Numbered from the stretch's first letter, positions 29,903 through 38,281 are shown. The stretch is DNA of 64,000 nt from an uncultured Acidobacteriaceae bacterium (GCA_963804735.1 CAWDRO010000014.1:110252-174251), one strand, 5' to 3'. Notes: generated by a model not told the origin, from the letters alone. Made by a program: numbers and translations.

Positions 29903-30747
29903 ACGGACACCACATTTCGGACGAGGACTTGGTCCTCTACTCCATCCAATCGCTCTCGGCCGGCGAGACCGCCGCCGCGGCGCTGCATCTGGAGGAGTGC
30001 GCGGAGTGTGCCCGCCAACTCGCAGAGGTCTCTGGCGACCTCGCACTGCTCTCGCTGAGCGTCGAGCAGCAACCAATTCCAGCCGGGGCGCGCGATCGGT
30101 TCATGAGCCGCGTCGCTGCCGAGCCGCAGACTGCGGTTGCCACCGCACGAGCAACTACGCCTGTGGTGGCTGCGCCGAAGAGTGAGCCAGCGCCTGCCCG
30201 CGTCATTCACGAGGTCAAGCCTCGCCGCAACTGGTTCCCGATTCTTGTTCCGTCGGCGGCTGCATTTGCATTGCTGGCACTCGCCGGCTACCTCGGCAAC
30301 CAGAACCAGCGTCTCAACGAACTGCTCAACAACGACAAGGGTGAGATCGCGAAGCTCTCTGCGTCAGCGACGCACGCCGAAGAAGTGCTGGAAACCCTTA
30401 CTTCTCCGGCGGCGAAGCAAGTTACGTTGACCGAGGGCAAGGGTGCGCCTCCGCCTACTGGTCGCACCAGCTACCTTGCCGATAAGGGTGCGTTGGTGTT
30501 TGTTGGGAATAACCTGAAGCCGATTCCTGCTGACAAGACTTATGAACTATGGGTGATTCCGGCTGATGGAAAAGCACCTATTCCCGCCGGACTCTTCCGC
30601 CCTGACGACCATGGCTCGGCCAGCGTGGTATTACCCAAGCTGCCCGAAGGTGTGCCTGCCAAGGCATTCTGTGTGACAATTGAAAACGCTGAAGGCTCGG
30701 CCACGCCGACTATGCCCATCGTCCTCTCGGGTGCTGCTGGATTGTAA
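29899..30747 (+). CDS. Anti-sigma factor (RskA-like)
   Basis: HLEECAEC zinc-binding anti-sigma motif; TM helix; YELWVIP and F.VTIE..EGS..PT; overlaps the sigma stop codon. Confidence 0.88.
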   Translation: MNGHHISDEDLVLYSIQSLSAGETAAAALHLEECAECARQLAEVSGDLALLSLSVEQQPIPAGARDRFMSRVAAEPQTAVATARATTPVVAAPKSEPAPARVIHEVKPRRNWFPILVPSAAAFALLALAGYLGNQNQRLNELLNNDKGEIAKLSASATHAEEVLETLTSPAAKQVTLTEGKGAPPPTGRTSYLADKGALVFVGNNLKPIPADKTYELWVIPADGKAPIPAGLFRPDDHGSASVVLPKLPEGVPAKAFCVTIENAEGSATPTMPIVLSGAAGL

Positions 30748-31251
30748 GATCCGAATCGTGGCGGAGGCGAGCACCCCTGCCACCCCCTACTCCTCTAAGC
30801 ATCCTAGTTTGATGTAGTTAGCCGATTTGTGCGCAAAGATATGCAATTAAATGACTTACTCGCAGAGTCCTTACTCTGATTGGGTTATATGCGGACGGCC
30901 TTTCTGTGGTGGCTTGTCGCCACAGAGATGGATTTTTGCCGCCTGACTTTTTGTTTTGATCTATATCTCTATTTTATCAGGTTAGATGGTTTCACTACGC
31001 CAACTATTTGTGGCTTGTAAGTGATGGGATGATTGAGGTTAGTCTGTGGTGTTGGCGAGAACGATACTTGACAGGTTCTGACGCGCTCGTGGTTTTGTGT
31101 GGCGATGGCCGATCTAATTCTTTGAAAGGGTCGATCAGATTTGGCGATAGATGAAGACGACTTGGATGGGGATCTGAAGTCGAGTCGAAGGTCGGGCCTG
31201 TGAGATAAACTTGCCGTTTGCTTTGCGGTAACGTCGGCGTTACCATGGCTT

Positions 31252-31578
31252 ATGGCAGACGTTCGCGAGTACGTGGACACACGCGGACGAGTGCCTTACC
31301 GCGATTGGGTTTCCGATCTCGATGCTGCCACGAGTGCTCGGGTCATTGCCGCCGTGCTTCGCATGGAGGGCGGCAATTTTTCACAGGCTAAGAGCGTGGG
31401 CGCGGGGGTTTCGGAGCTGCGTCTGGATTTTGGCCCGGGGTATCGGGTCTATTTCGGCAGGGACGGCGAGGAACTGGTGATCCTGCTCGGTGGCGGCTCC
31501 AGGCAGCGGCAGCGTACGGACATCGAAAAGGCACATGGACTTTGGGCCGAATACAAGAGGAGAAAGCGGGAGGAATAG
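31252..31578 (+). CDS. Type II TA toxin, RelE/ParE superfamily ('addiction module killer', HigB-like)
   Basis: GN....KSVG.GV.ELR.DFGPGYRVYF...G..LV.LLGGG...Q..DI.KA signature. Confidence 0.9.
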   Translation: MADVREYVDTRGRVPYRDWVSDLDAATSARVIAAVLRMEGGNFSQAKSVGAGVSELRLDFGPGYRVYFGRDGEELVILLGGGSRQRQRTDIEKAHGLWAEYKRRKREE

Positions 31579-31896
31579 ATGCCACTGACACGGAGTTTCC
31601 GGGAGACGATCAAGGAGCAGCTGGCGAAGGACGATTTCCGGCGCGAGTTCTTGCGCGAGGCGGTGAGCAACATGATCGCCGGAGATTTGGAGACGGCCAA
31701 GTCGGTGTTGCGCGAATACATTAATGGGACCATCGGGTTTCCCGCACTGGGCGAGGCGCTCTCCAAGTCGCCGAAGAGCCTGATGCGGATGCTTAGCGTG
31801 CAGGGAAATCCGCAGGCGCGGAACTTGTTTGAGATCGTGGCCCATCTTCAGAAGGTTGATGGAACGGTGCTGGAAGTGCAGGCTTCGGCGGCGTAG
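31579..31896 (+). CDS. Type II TA antitoxin ('addiction module antidote', HTH)
   Basis: Start abuts the toxin stop; HTH-like segment followed by LS..GNP..RNL..I...L. Confidence 0.8.
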   Translation: MPLTRSFRETIKEQLAKDDFRREFLREAVSNMIAGDLETAKSVLREYINGTIGFPALGEALSKSPKSLMRMLSVQGNPQARNLFEIVAHLQKVDGTVLEVQASAA

Positions 31897-31922
31897 GTTT
31901 AGGTCAACTCGCAAGGTGGAAT

Positions 31923-31957
31923 CCCACGTCTCAAAAGCGAGACGTGGAGCACCCGGC
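31923..31957 (+). repeat. REP-like palindrome, family A (CCCACGTCTC-AAAAGC-GAGACGTGG-AGCACCCGGC)
   Basis: Variant of the palindromes at 34692 and 35758 with a compensatory A-T to G-C pair change. Confidence 0.8.
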
Positions 31958-31996
31958 TCAGCCCCCTGCTAATGAAAGACACCCGACTCCCCGCTC

Positions 31997-32497
31997 TCAT
32001 TCCTGAAACAGAATTTCTGGGAATGCATTTCGGGCAACAAGTGTCTCGCCAATCATGACTCCTTTCCGGTGAGGCTTGTTGATGTAGGCCCGGAACTGTT
32101 TATTGGGTGGCGCTGTGACGATAATTTGGTATTGGTCCTCGCGTTCCCCCTTTGAGTTCTGGCGCATCTCGACGAATTTCATGATCTGCCCGTAGCTAAG
32201 CGCACATATCGCCTTGGCGCCAATGCAGACGAGCACTGCGAAGACGCTGGTGCAGTGCTCCCTCAGCTTTGTAAGCTCGTCTAAATGCGCTTGAGTGAAG
32301 TTAAAGATGTACTCGTTCGCGGCACCACGGGGCGACCCGGCATACTTGATGTATATCCCCGTCGTGTCGTTGATGCGAAACGCGCACCCCGACTTCTTTC
32401 CGTTGCTCCAGAAGGCGTTGATCGCCTTGAAAACGGGATGCTCGGCAATCTGAGTAAGTGCTGCGCCGTGGTACATGTGGTCGTCGTTAATCTTCAT
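31997..32497 (-). CDS. Hypothetical protein (166 aa) co-transcribed with the DGQHR gene
   Basis: GGAGG RBS; starts 10 nt after the DGQHR stop; no recognisable family. Confidence 0.75.
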   Translation of the reverse strand: MKINDDHMYHGAALTQIAEHPVFKAINAFWSNGKKSGCAFRINDTTGIYIKYAGSPRGAANEYIFNFTQAHLDELTKLREHCTSVFAVLVCIGAKAICALSYGQIMKFVEMRQNSKGEREDQYQIIVTAPPNKQFRAYINKPHRKGVMIGETLVARNAFPEILFQE

Positions 32498-32506
32498 ACT
32501 TGCCTC

Positions 32507-33679
32507 CTATGCCACGTGGCTCCCACTGTTAAGCTGAGCGCGCAGTTGTTCCTGAAGCTCCTTGATGACATTGCTGCCTGCCTCATCCGTCAGTTCTCCC
32601 GCCATAGCGGCGGCGATGATCAGTGCAGCCTTATTCCCTGACATGCCAGCTACGGCCCGCTCTCCGGTAGCCTCCTTACTCCAATCGAAGCGCGACCTCG
32701 CTTGCTTGAGATAGCGGGCAAAATCCTTGGGATCCACCCGGCCTTGGGGCATGCATCGATCAATGATTGCGGCAGCAAGAATCGAAAGGCTCCAAACCCC
32801 GACGTTCTTGAGGAGGAGATAATCTTTGGGGTTAGCCCACTCTTCAGAGAACACAGTCTTCACTGCCTGCCAGTAATTTCGGATTACGACGTACTGGATT
32901 TGTGCGTCTCCAAGATCGTAGATGTACTGGCTCTTCGAGAGGAGCTTGGCCACGCCGCCCTGGATGCTTGCGAAATTGACCAGTCTGGTTAATCCTTGCT
33001 GGCGAGTGCCCTTCTTTGAGCCGCCTTCGTGGATCATTCCATGCCATGGGGAGTCGGGGTCTTTGCTGAGTCTGCTGGCCAACCAGCGGTCGAGGTGATC
33101 GCGAATTTCAATCTCCTCGGGGCTTAGCCGATTCTGCATTACCGCGAGGTGTGAGGAGCTCAGTCCCTTCTGATTGCTGTTGATGTTGACAAAGAGCGAC
33201 CGTTCTTGGTCTTGACTGAGACCCACGTGAATCTGAAAAGGGGCGTCAGCAAGCAGGGGATCACGTCGATCATCGCCGGCGGCATGAAATAGTCGATGGT
33301 TTCCATCTACGCGGCTGACGTAGACCTTTCCTTCCTTCATTTCGCTGATCTGAAACTGAAGTTTGACGACTTGTGTGCCGTCCGGCCCCTCCTCAATCTT
33401 CAAGAGCTTCTTGTCGCGCACGTTGAGGACTACTTCTGGGAAGGCGCGCGGGTAATCCGGATCTTTTTGGCGGTGTACGTACTCGTATGCTTCGCTCGCA
33501 TGCTTTGGGGACAGGTCGCGCTGCAGTCCTTTTGGATTAGTGACCTGGTCGAATATATCCGGTTGGGAGATCATCGCTAGATGTGCAAGCGGCGCTGAGC
33601 CCCGGAAGCACACCGTGTCTAAATTCTTTGCTCTGTATGCCGTCAACTCGACGGCGTGGATACCTGCTAGTTTTGGCAT
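32507..33679 (-). CDS. DGQHR / DndB-like domain protein
   Basis: LQR.L...H...(A)..Y, FP..V.LN, VDGNHR, E..LF..IN..QK motifs of the DGQHR family; ATG 33679 with GAGGAG RBS. Confidence 0.85.
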   Translation of the reverse strand: MPKLAGIHAVELTAYRAKNLDTVCFRGSAPLAHLAMISQPDIFDQVTNPKGLQRDLSPKHASEAYEYVHRQKDPDYPRAFPEVVLNVRDKKLLKIEEGPDGTQVVKLQFQISEMKEGKVYVSRVDGNHRLFHAAGDDRRDPLLADAPFQIHVGLSQDQERSLFVNINSNQKGLSSSHLAVMQNRLSPEEIEIRDHLDRWLASRLSKDPDSPWHGMIHEGGSKKGTRQQGLTRLVNFASIQGGVAKLLSKSQYIYDLGDAQIQYVVIRNYWQAVKTVFSEEWANPKDYLLLKNVGVWSLSILAAAIIDRCMPQGRVDPKDFARYLKQARSRFDWSKEATGERAVAGMSGNKAALIIAAAMAGELTDEAGSNVIKELQEQLRAQLNSGSHVA

Positions 33680-33689
33680 GGGAAAGCTC

Positions 33690-33796
33690 CTCATTATTGA
33701 GATGTCGTCTCTCAATAATGAGATTATAACACTCCCAATTGAGAGTCAAACTATCAATTGAGATTATTTTATCTAAACTGAGAGTACAACTCTCAG
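33690..33796 (-). promoter_or_regulatory. Promoter/operator region of the DGQHR operon
   Basis: Minus-strand TTGACT (33744-49)-N15-TATAAT (33723-28). Perfect 13-bp inverted repeat CTCATTATTGAGA-N7-TCTCAATAATGAG at 33690-33722. CAATTGAGA twice (33736, 33755). CTGAGAG-N5-CTCTCAG at 33778-96. Confidence 0.65.
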
Positions 33797-34046
33797 ATAT
33801 GAGAAAAATCCAGTAAGAGATTGATGTAGATGATTTTGTTGATGAATCCTCGAAAGCAGGTCGCGGACGCGGTGGGCTCGTCTGTCGGGGAATATAGGCG
33901 ATTTGCTTGCCGCTGCGACCGAGGTCTTGGCCAGGGTGCGTCCTCTTTTGAAAGGCGTGAGCCGGTCTCCGTTGGGCATTAAGGAAGCACGCGACAACGA
34001 AGGGTATAGCGGCGATTGCCTGATGTGGGCCGCCCAGCTGTTGACG

Positions 34047-34253
34047 CTACGGCATTTGAAACGCTCCCACCGCGATGGCGTTGGGGTGTTTGGCGGCGGG
34101 GAGCATGGTGAAGAGTGCTCCGATTTTGCGGGGGCCTTGGGGGAGTAGCTGGTGGTGCGGATGACGGCGACGTCTCCGAAGCGGGGGTTGGCGACGAGGA
34201 CGAGATGGCCAACGCTCGAAAAGGCGAGGGCGTCGGGGCCGTCTCCGACCTGG
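34047..34253 (-). pseudogene. Displaced 3' fragment of the YVTN gene (copy F1, includes the stop codon, one 1-nt deletion)
   Basis: Translates QVGDGPDALAFSSVGHLVLVANPRFGDVAVIRTTSYS / QGPRKIGALFTMLPAAKHPNAIAVGAFQMP*, matching the C-terminus of 39434..40825. Confidence 0.92.
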
Positions 34254-34295
34254 GTGCGCTGATGGGTTGGGAGGGCGTCTCGGTTAAAGAGCCCG

Positions 34296-34377
34296 GGGCT
34301 AAAGCCCTTCTCGTTCGCTCGCGTTGTTTCGGCGGCCTAAAGGCCGCCGCTTCCACCGGATCGCCTTCGGCGATTTT
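34296..34377 (+). repeat. Triple-hairpin REP-like element L1 (GGGCTAAAGCCC...GCGGCCTAAAGGCCGC..ATCGCCTTCGGCGAT)
   Basis: Near-identical copies at 35943 and 41983. Confidence 0.88.
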
Positions 34378-34403
34378 GGAATGCAAATCTATTCCGGGCC
34401 TAA

Positions 34404-34485
34404 GACGTCTACGGAGCGGGGGCTGGCGACGAGGACGAGGTGGCCAACGATCGAGAAGGCGAGGGCGTCGGGGCCGTCTCCGACC
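34404..34485 (-). pseudogene. Shorter YVTN 3' fragment (copy F2)
   Basis: GGAGCGGG...GAGAAGGCGAGGGCGTCGGGGCCGTCTCCGACC matches about 39560-39638; preceded by the tail AATCTATTCCGGGCCTAA shared with F3. Confidence 0.85.
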
Positions 34486-34646
34486 ACGGCGCAACGATGA
34501 AGGAGACTCGAGGCAAACGAAGGCGAAGGGTTCCATTCAAATCAGCAGTTCGCGTTCATAGACCATCTCCGGCGTTAGGTGGTTGTGGAGAGCGATGAAC
34601 AATTCCTCGTGGACATGACTTCTTTGCGCCAGGGGCGTGCGGTTGG

Positions 34647-34726
34647 ACGCGTCAGTGGCGGGGTTGCAGAGAGGCCGCGCTCTGGCGAAAACCCACATCT
34701 CAAAATCGAGATGTGGGGCACCCGGC
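34647..34726 (+). repeat. About 80-bp direct repeat R1 with REP family A core CCCACATCTC-AAAATC-GAGATGTGGG-GCACCCGGC
   Basis: Matches R2 at 35713-35792. Confidence 0.9.
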
Positions 34727-34774
34727 CGTGCCCCTTCATAGAGCTCTGTCGGGTTTTGGAGCATCGCTGGAACC

Positions 34775-34814
34775 GCAGGTCCTTCCCCTTCGCGATGCTC
34801 AGGGTCAGGATGAC
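34775..34814 (+). repeat. REP-like element, family B (GGTCCTTC...CAGGATGAC)
   Basis: Same ends as the copies at 40686, 40756, 46425 and 51564. Confidence 0.75.
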
Positions 34815-34937
34815 GTTTGTTGGAGGTTGGGAGATTTGATCCCCCACCCTTGCCACCCCATCACCCCACTCTGCAAAAAATAGTTTCATCGCATCAGTCC
34901 CATTGCTGTATGGTTTTCTGACTGGCAAGGGGAACGA

Positions 34938-35688
34938 TTGCACATCCATACAACCGCATCCTGGCCCGGGCGTGACGATCGCCGGGCGGCGCTGGTCTGG
35001 CTTGGCATCTTCTGGATCTTCGTAGGCGTCGGCTTCGGCTTCGATCTGCACAACTACTTTCATGAGCAGCCGGCCGTGCCGATGATCGTCCACATACATG
35101 CTATCGCCACCACGCTCTGGCTGCTCACCGCAACCGCGCTTGTGCTCATGGTCGAAAGCGGCAATGTGCGCCTGCATCGCCGCCTGGGTTGGTTTGCGGC
35201 CGGTTACGCCGCTCTCATCCTGGTGATCGGTCCCTGGTCGGAACTCAGTTGGCAGGCCTTGAACCTTCCGACCCCCGGCGCTCTGCCTCCTCAATTTCTT
35301 TCCATCGCCTTCAGCGGAGTCATTTGCATGGCCTTTGCTGCTGCCGTGGGGCATTCTCATGCGCCGCAATTCCGCCGCCCATCGGCGCGTGCTCATTCTG
35401 GCCATCATCTGCATCAGCGATGCGGGTTTTTCCCGGTTTGTGAGTCTCTTTCTGCCTGCGCCAACCACCTTTCTCGGCACCTACCTGTTTTACGAGGGCG
35501 GTAATCTGTTCCTCATCCTTCTCATGTTTCTCTGGGACTGGAAACGCAACCGGATCATGAAACAGTTCCTCTGGGGAGGCTCCCTCGTAATCGCTCTGGG
35601 CCTGACGGCCACGGGCCTCTACTTCAACGAGACATGGAAAGCGATCACGCTCTCGTGGCTGGAGGCGTGGGGGCGGCACATGCTGTAA
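34938..35688 (+). pseudogene. Multi-TM membrane protein (DUF2306-like) split by a +1 frameshift near 35334-35336
   Basis: Hydrophobic ORF 34938 (HIHA..TLW, LHRRLGW) continues in the +1 frame as LLLPWG...AAHRRVLILA...WGRHML*. Removing one T from GCC TTT GCT gives GCC TTG CTG and a single ORF of about 250 aa. Confidence 0.75.
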
Positions 35689-35712
35689 AGCCACGCGCCC
35701 TGATGCGGATGT

Positions 35713-35792
35713 ACGCGTCAGTCGGCGGGGTTGCAGAGAGGCCGCCCTCCGACGGAACCCACATCTCAAAATCGAGATGTGGGGCACCCGGC
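35713..35792 (+). repeat. About 80-bp direct repeat R2
   Basis: Matches R1. Confidence 0.9.
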
Positions 35793-35811
35793 GAATCTAT
35801 TCCGGCCCTAA

Positions 35812-35897
35812 GACGTTTCCGGAGCGGGAGTTGGCGACGAGGACGAGGTGGCCAACGCTTGAGAAGGCGAGGGCGTCGGGGCCGTCTCCGATCTGGG
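35812..35897 (-). pseudogene. YVTN 3' fragment (copy F3)
   Basis: CCGGAGCGGGAGTTGGC...GAGAAGGCGAGGGCGTCGGGGCCGTCTCCGATCTGG matches about 39560-39641. Confidence 0.85.
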
Positions 35898-35942
35898 CGG
35901 CGTTGTTGCGTTAGGCGGGGCGTCTCGGTGGCAGAGGCCCAA

Positions 35943-36024
35943 GGCTAAAGCCCTTCTCTTTAGCTGGCGTTGTTTTCGGCGGCCTGAAGACCGCCGCTTC
36001 CACCGGATCGCCTGCGGCGATTTG
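35943..36024 (+). repeat. Triple-hairpin REP-like element L2
   Basis: Copy of L1/L3. Confidence 0.85.
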
Positions 36025-36125
36025 GGGTGAGAACCTGTTCGATTTGATTCTCAGCTCCGGACAATCAATTTCCATAGATTGAGGGCTTGAAGTTCCGCGT
36101 CTCAAGGGCGAGAGGCTGATGTGCG

Positions 36126-36163
36126 TGTGATAGCCATCACATTCTTGTGTGACTTCGATCACT
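36126..36163 (+). promoter_or_regulatory. Tandem CRP-type boxes TGTGA-TAGCCA-TCACA (36126) and TGTGA-CTTCGA-TCACT (36148)
   Basis: One perfect and one 9/10 match to TGTGA-N6-TCACA, 22 bp apart, upstream of the USP gene. Confidence 0.85.
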
Positions 36164-36214
36164 GCAAACGAGTCCTGCTCAGCTCATATTGGAGAGGAAA
36201 AGGAGGACACTCCC

Positions 36215-37222
36215 ATGCAACCTACCAATATCAGCCCCTCTCAGATGGCAACGTTTGTGAAGCCAAACCATATCCTGGTCGCCAGCGATTTGACCGATGG
36301 CGACTTTCTTGTCCCTTATGTCGTCGGTCAAGCTAAGGCCAGCGGCGCCCGGGTGACGCTGGTGCACGCAATACTACCGGCCAATTCGTTTCCAATGGAG
36401 TCGGGCTATGCTCCGTATGCCGATGAGAAGATCCTTGACCGGGAGGCCCGCCTGGCATTGCAGGGGATTGCTCGCCAGATCGAGCATGAGGGAGTTCCCT
36501 GCGATATTTATCTCGCGCATGGCTTTGCCGGAGATGTGATTCGCGACGAGATCAGGATGACCGGGGCGACTCGGCTCATCATGGGAACCCATGGAAGGGG
36601 AAAATGGGGACAGCTGGCGATGGGTTCCGTAGCCAATGAGCTGTTAGGCAGCGTGGATGTGCCGGTATTCATTGTCGGCCCGAACGTTTCGCCGGTAATA
36701 GAACATGTGACGCCTCGGAGGATTCTGCATCCCGTCTCGTTGATCGGCGACTACAAAAAGAGCCTGGAGATTGCGTGGAACCTGGCCAAGGCCTATGAAG
36801 CGGAGCTGACCCTGCTGCATGTTATGGATCTGGATGCGGATACGACTGTGTCAGATGTGGGGTCGCGTTCGATTACGTGGGCTGAAAAAGCCATCCTCGC
36901 GGTGCTCCCGGAAGGTACGGACATGCCAGCAATTAAAGTGAGGGCCGTTTGCGGGCGCCTGGTGGAGGGAGTTCTCCAGGAAGCGGCGGAGATGAAGGCG
37001 GACTGGATCGTTCTGGGCGTCAACAACAGATTTCCTTCGCTGCCGTTCCGTAATACCGCTGCCTATCAGATCGTGGCGCGGGCGGGGTGCTGCGTGCTGG
37101 CGGTGCGACACGATTCTCGAATACTGACGGTCGAGGACGACAGACTATCTGTGGTGAGCGAAGGACTATCTGTCAACGGCGAAAGAGTAGCTTTCGACCG
37201 TTGCGCGGTGGGCGCACTCTAG
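36215..37222 (+). CDS. Universal stress protein (tandem USP domains)
   Basis: ILVASDL, IMGTHGRG....L.MGSVA..L...V..PV motifs; second USP domain; AGGAGG RBS. Confidence 0.92.
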   Translation: MQPTNISPSQMATFVKPNHILVASDLTDGDFLVPYVVGQAKASGARVTLVHAILPANSFPMESGYAPYADEKILDREARLALQGIARQIEHEGVPCDIYLAHGFAGDVIRDEIRMTGATRLIMGTHGRGKWGQLAMGSVANELLGSVDVPVFIVGPNVSPVIEHVTPRRILHPVSLIGDYKKSLEIAWNLAKAYEAELTLLHVMDLDADTTVSDVGSRSITWAEKAILAVLPEGTDMPAIKVRAVCGRLVEGVLQEAAEMKADWIVLGVNNRFPSLPFRNTAAYQIVARAGCCVLAVRHDSRILTVEDDRLSVVSEGLSVNGERVAFDRCAVGAL

Positions 37223-37246
37223 AAACGCCCAGGGGGAGGGTTTTAT

Positions 37247-37504
37247 ATGCGGTGCGCAAACGCCAACTGCAGGACCGAGACTTTGTATTTCAGGGGCGGG
37301 AGCCTGCATTGCGTAGACCGGTGCGATGATGCGCCTAGCGGGGTGAAGCAGGAGCGGCGGCAGCTGGTCTGGCTTTGCCCCGATTGTTCGCGCGATTTTG
37401 TGGTGGAAAGCTGGAGGGCACCGGGCGAGCAGTTAGTGCGCCGTCGATTGCCGCCCATCCCGGTTCTGGCCGATTCCGATAAGAGTGTCATGATGGCTGC
37501 TTAG
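37247..37504 (+). CDS. Small Cys-rich putative zinc-binding protein
   Basis: GGAGG RBS; CANANC...WLCPDC (CxxxxC and CxxC). Confidence 0.65.
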   Translation: MRCANANCRTETLYFRGGSLHCVDRCDDAPSGVKQERRQLVWLCPDCSRDFVVESWRAPGEQLVRRRLPPIPVLADSDKSVMMAA

Positions 37505-37570
37505 GTAAATATTCTGGAAACCCGACTCTCGAAGGAAGATAATGAGAAAGTCTTCCAGCGAGGGTGAGAA

Positions 37571-38281
37571 ATGCCGTTACACGCCCGGCGAGCAGTGGAT
37601 CGGTGTCTTGAGTGTAGCCATCGAACCCTCCGCGTGTTTTGCAACCTGGATGACGCCGCGTTCCAGGCCTACGATCAGATAGGCTCGCACATGAACCTGC
37701 CCAGCCGGTCGATCGTTTTTGAAGAGAGCCAGACGGCGAATGGCGTATATGTCGTATGTTCCGGGCAGTTGAAGCTCTCGGCCATGTCTAAAGATGGCAG
37801 GACGATGATTCTGCGAATCGCCGGGCCGGGCGATGTCCTCGGACTTAGCGCCACATTGAGCGATCTTCCTCACGAGGTTACGGCGGAGACACTGGAACCT
37901 ACCCAACTGAAGCACGTTCGGCGGACTGAGTTTCTTCGGTTTCTTGAAGATCATGCCGAGGTCGGCGAAAAGGCGGCGAGGACGCTCGCGAAGGAATATC
38001 AGGCGGTGTTTCTCGATGCGCGGCGTTTGGCCCTTTCGGGCTCCGCGGCTGGGAAGCTGGCCCAGTTGTTGTTGGAATGGGCGAATACGGCTGCCTGCGG
38101 AAAGCCGGAGCTCCGTTTCACGATGGCGCTTACGCATGAGGAACTGGCGAACATGGCAGGGACTTCGCGGGAGACCGTAACCCGGCTTTTGAACCAGTTT
38201 GAGCGCGATCATCTGATTGTTCGACGCGGCTCGTCGCTGACTATTCTTAATGCTGAAGGGCTCGAACTCCAGACGCAGTAA
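37571..38281 (+). CDS. Crp/Fnr family transcriptional regulator
   Basis: cNMP-binding fold (G.LKL...SKDGR..IL...GPGDVLG); HTH LTHEELANMAGTSRETVTR; N-terminal CLEC...FC. Confidence 0.95.
   Translation: MPLHARRAVDRCLECSHRTLRVFCNLDDAAFQAYDQIGSHMNLPSRSIVFEESQTANGVYVVCSGQLKLSAMSKDGRTMILRIAGPGDVLGLSATLSDLPHEVTAETLEPTQLKHVRRTEFLRFLEDHAEVGEKAARTLAKEYQAVFLDARRLALSGSAAGKLAQLLLEWANTAACGKPELRFTMALTHEELANMAGTSRETVTRLLNQFERDHLIVRRGSSLTILNAEGLELQTQ

Noticed and set aside
30772-31250. AT-rich intergenic stretch with a CACCC(C/T)TGCCACCCC motif (also at 34845) and short ORFs 30969..31280 and 31004..31246
   Set aside because: The shared 15-mer is low-complexity and the ORFs lack motifs and an RBS; function cannot be supported.
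34486-34646. Coding-looking fragment (HVHEELFIALHNHLTPEMVYERELLI* followed by MEPFAFVCLES) between repeats
   Set aside because: No family recognised; it could be another captured fragment but cannot be supported without BLASTX.
34047-36024. CRISPR array or integron attC cassette array
   Set aside because: Repeats are heterogeneous, long and irregularly spaced; there are no cas genes or intI and no recognisable RYYYAAC...GTTRRRY ends.
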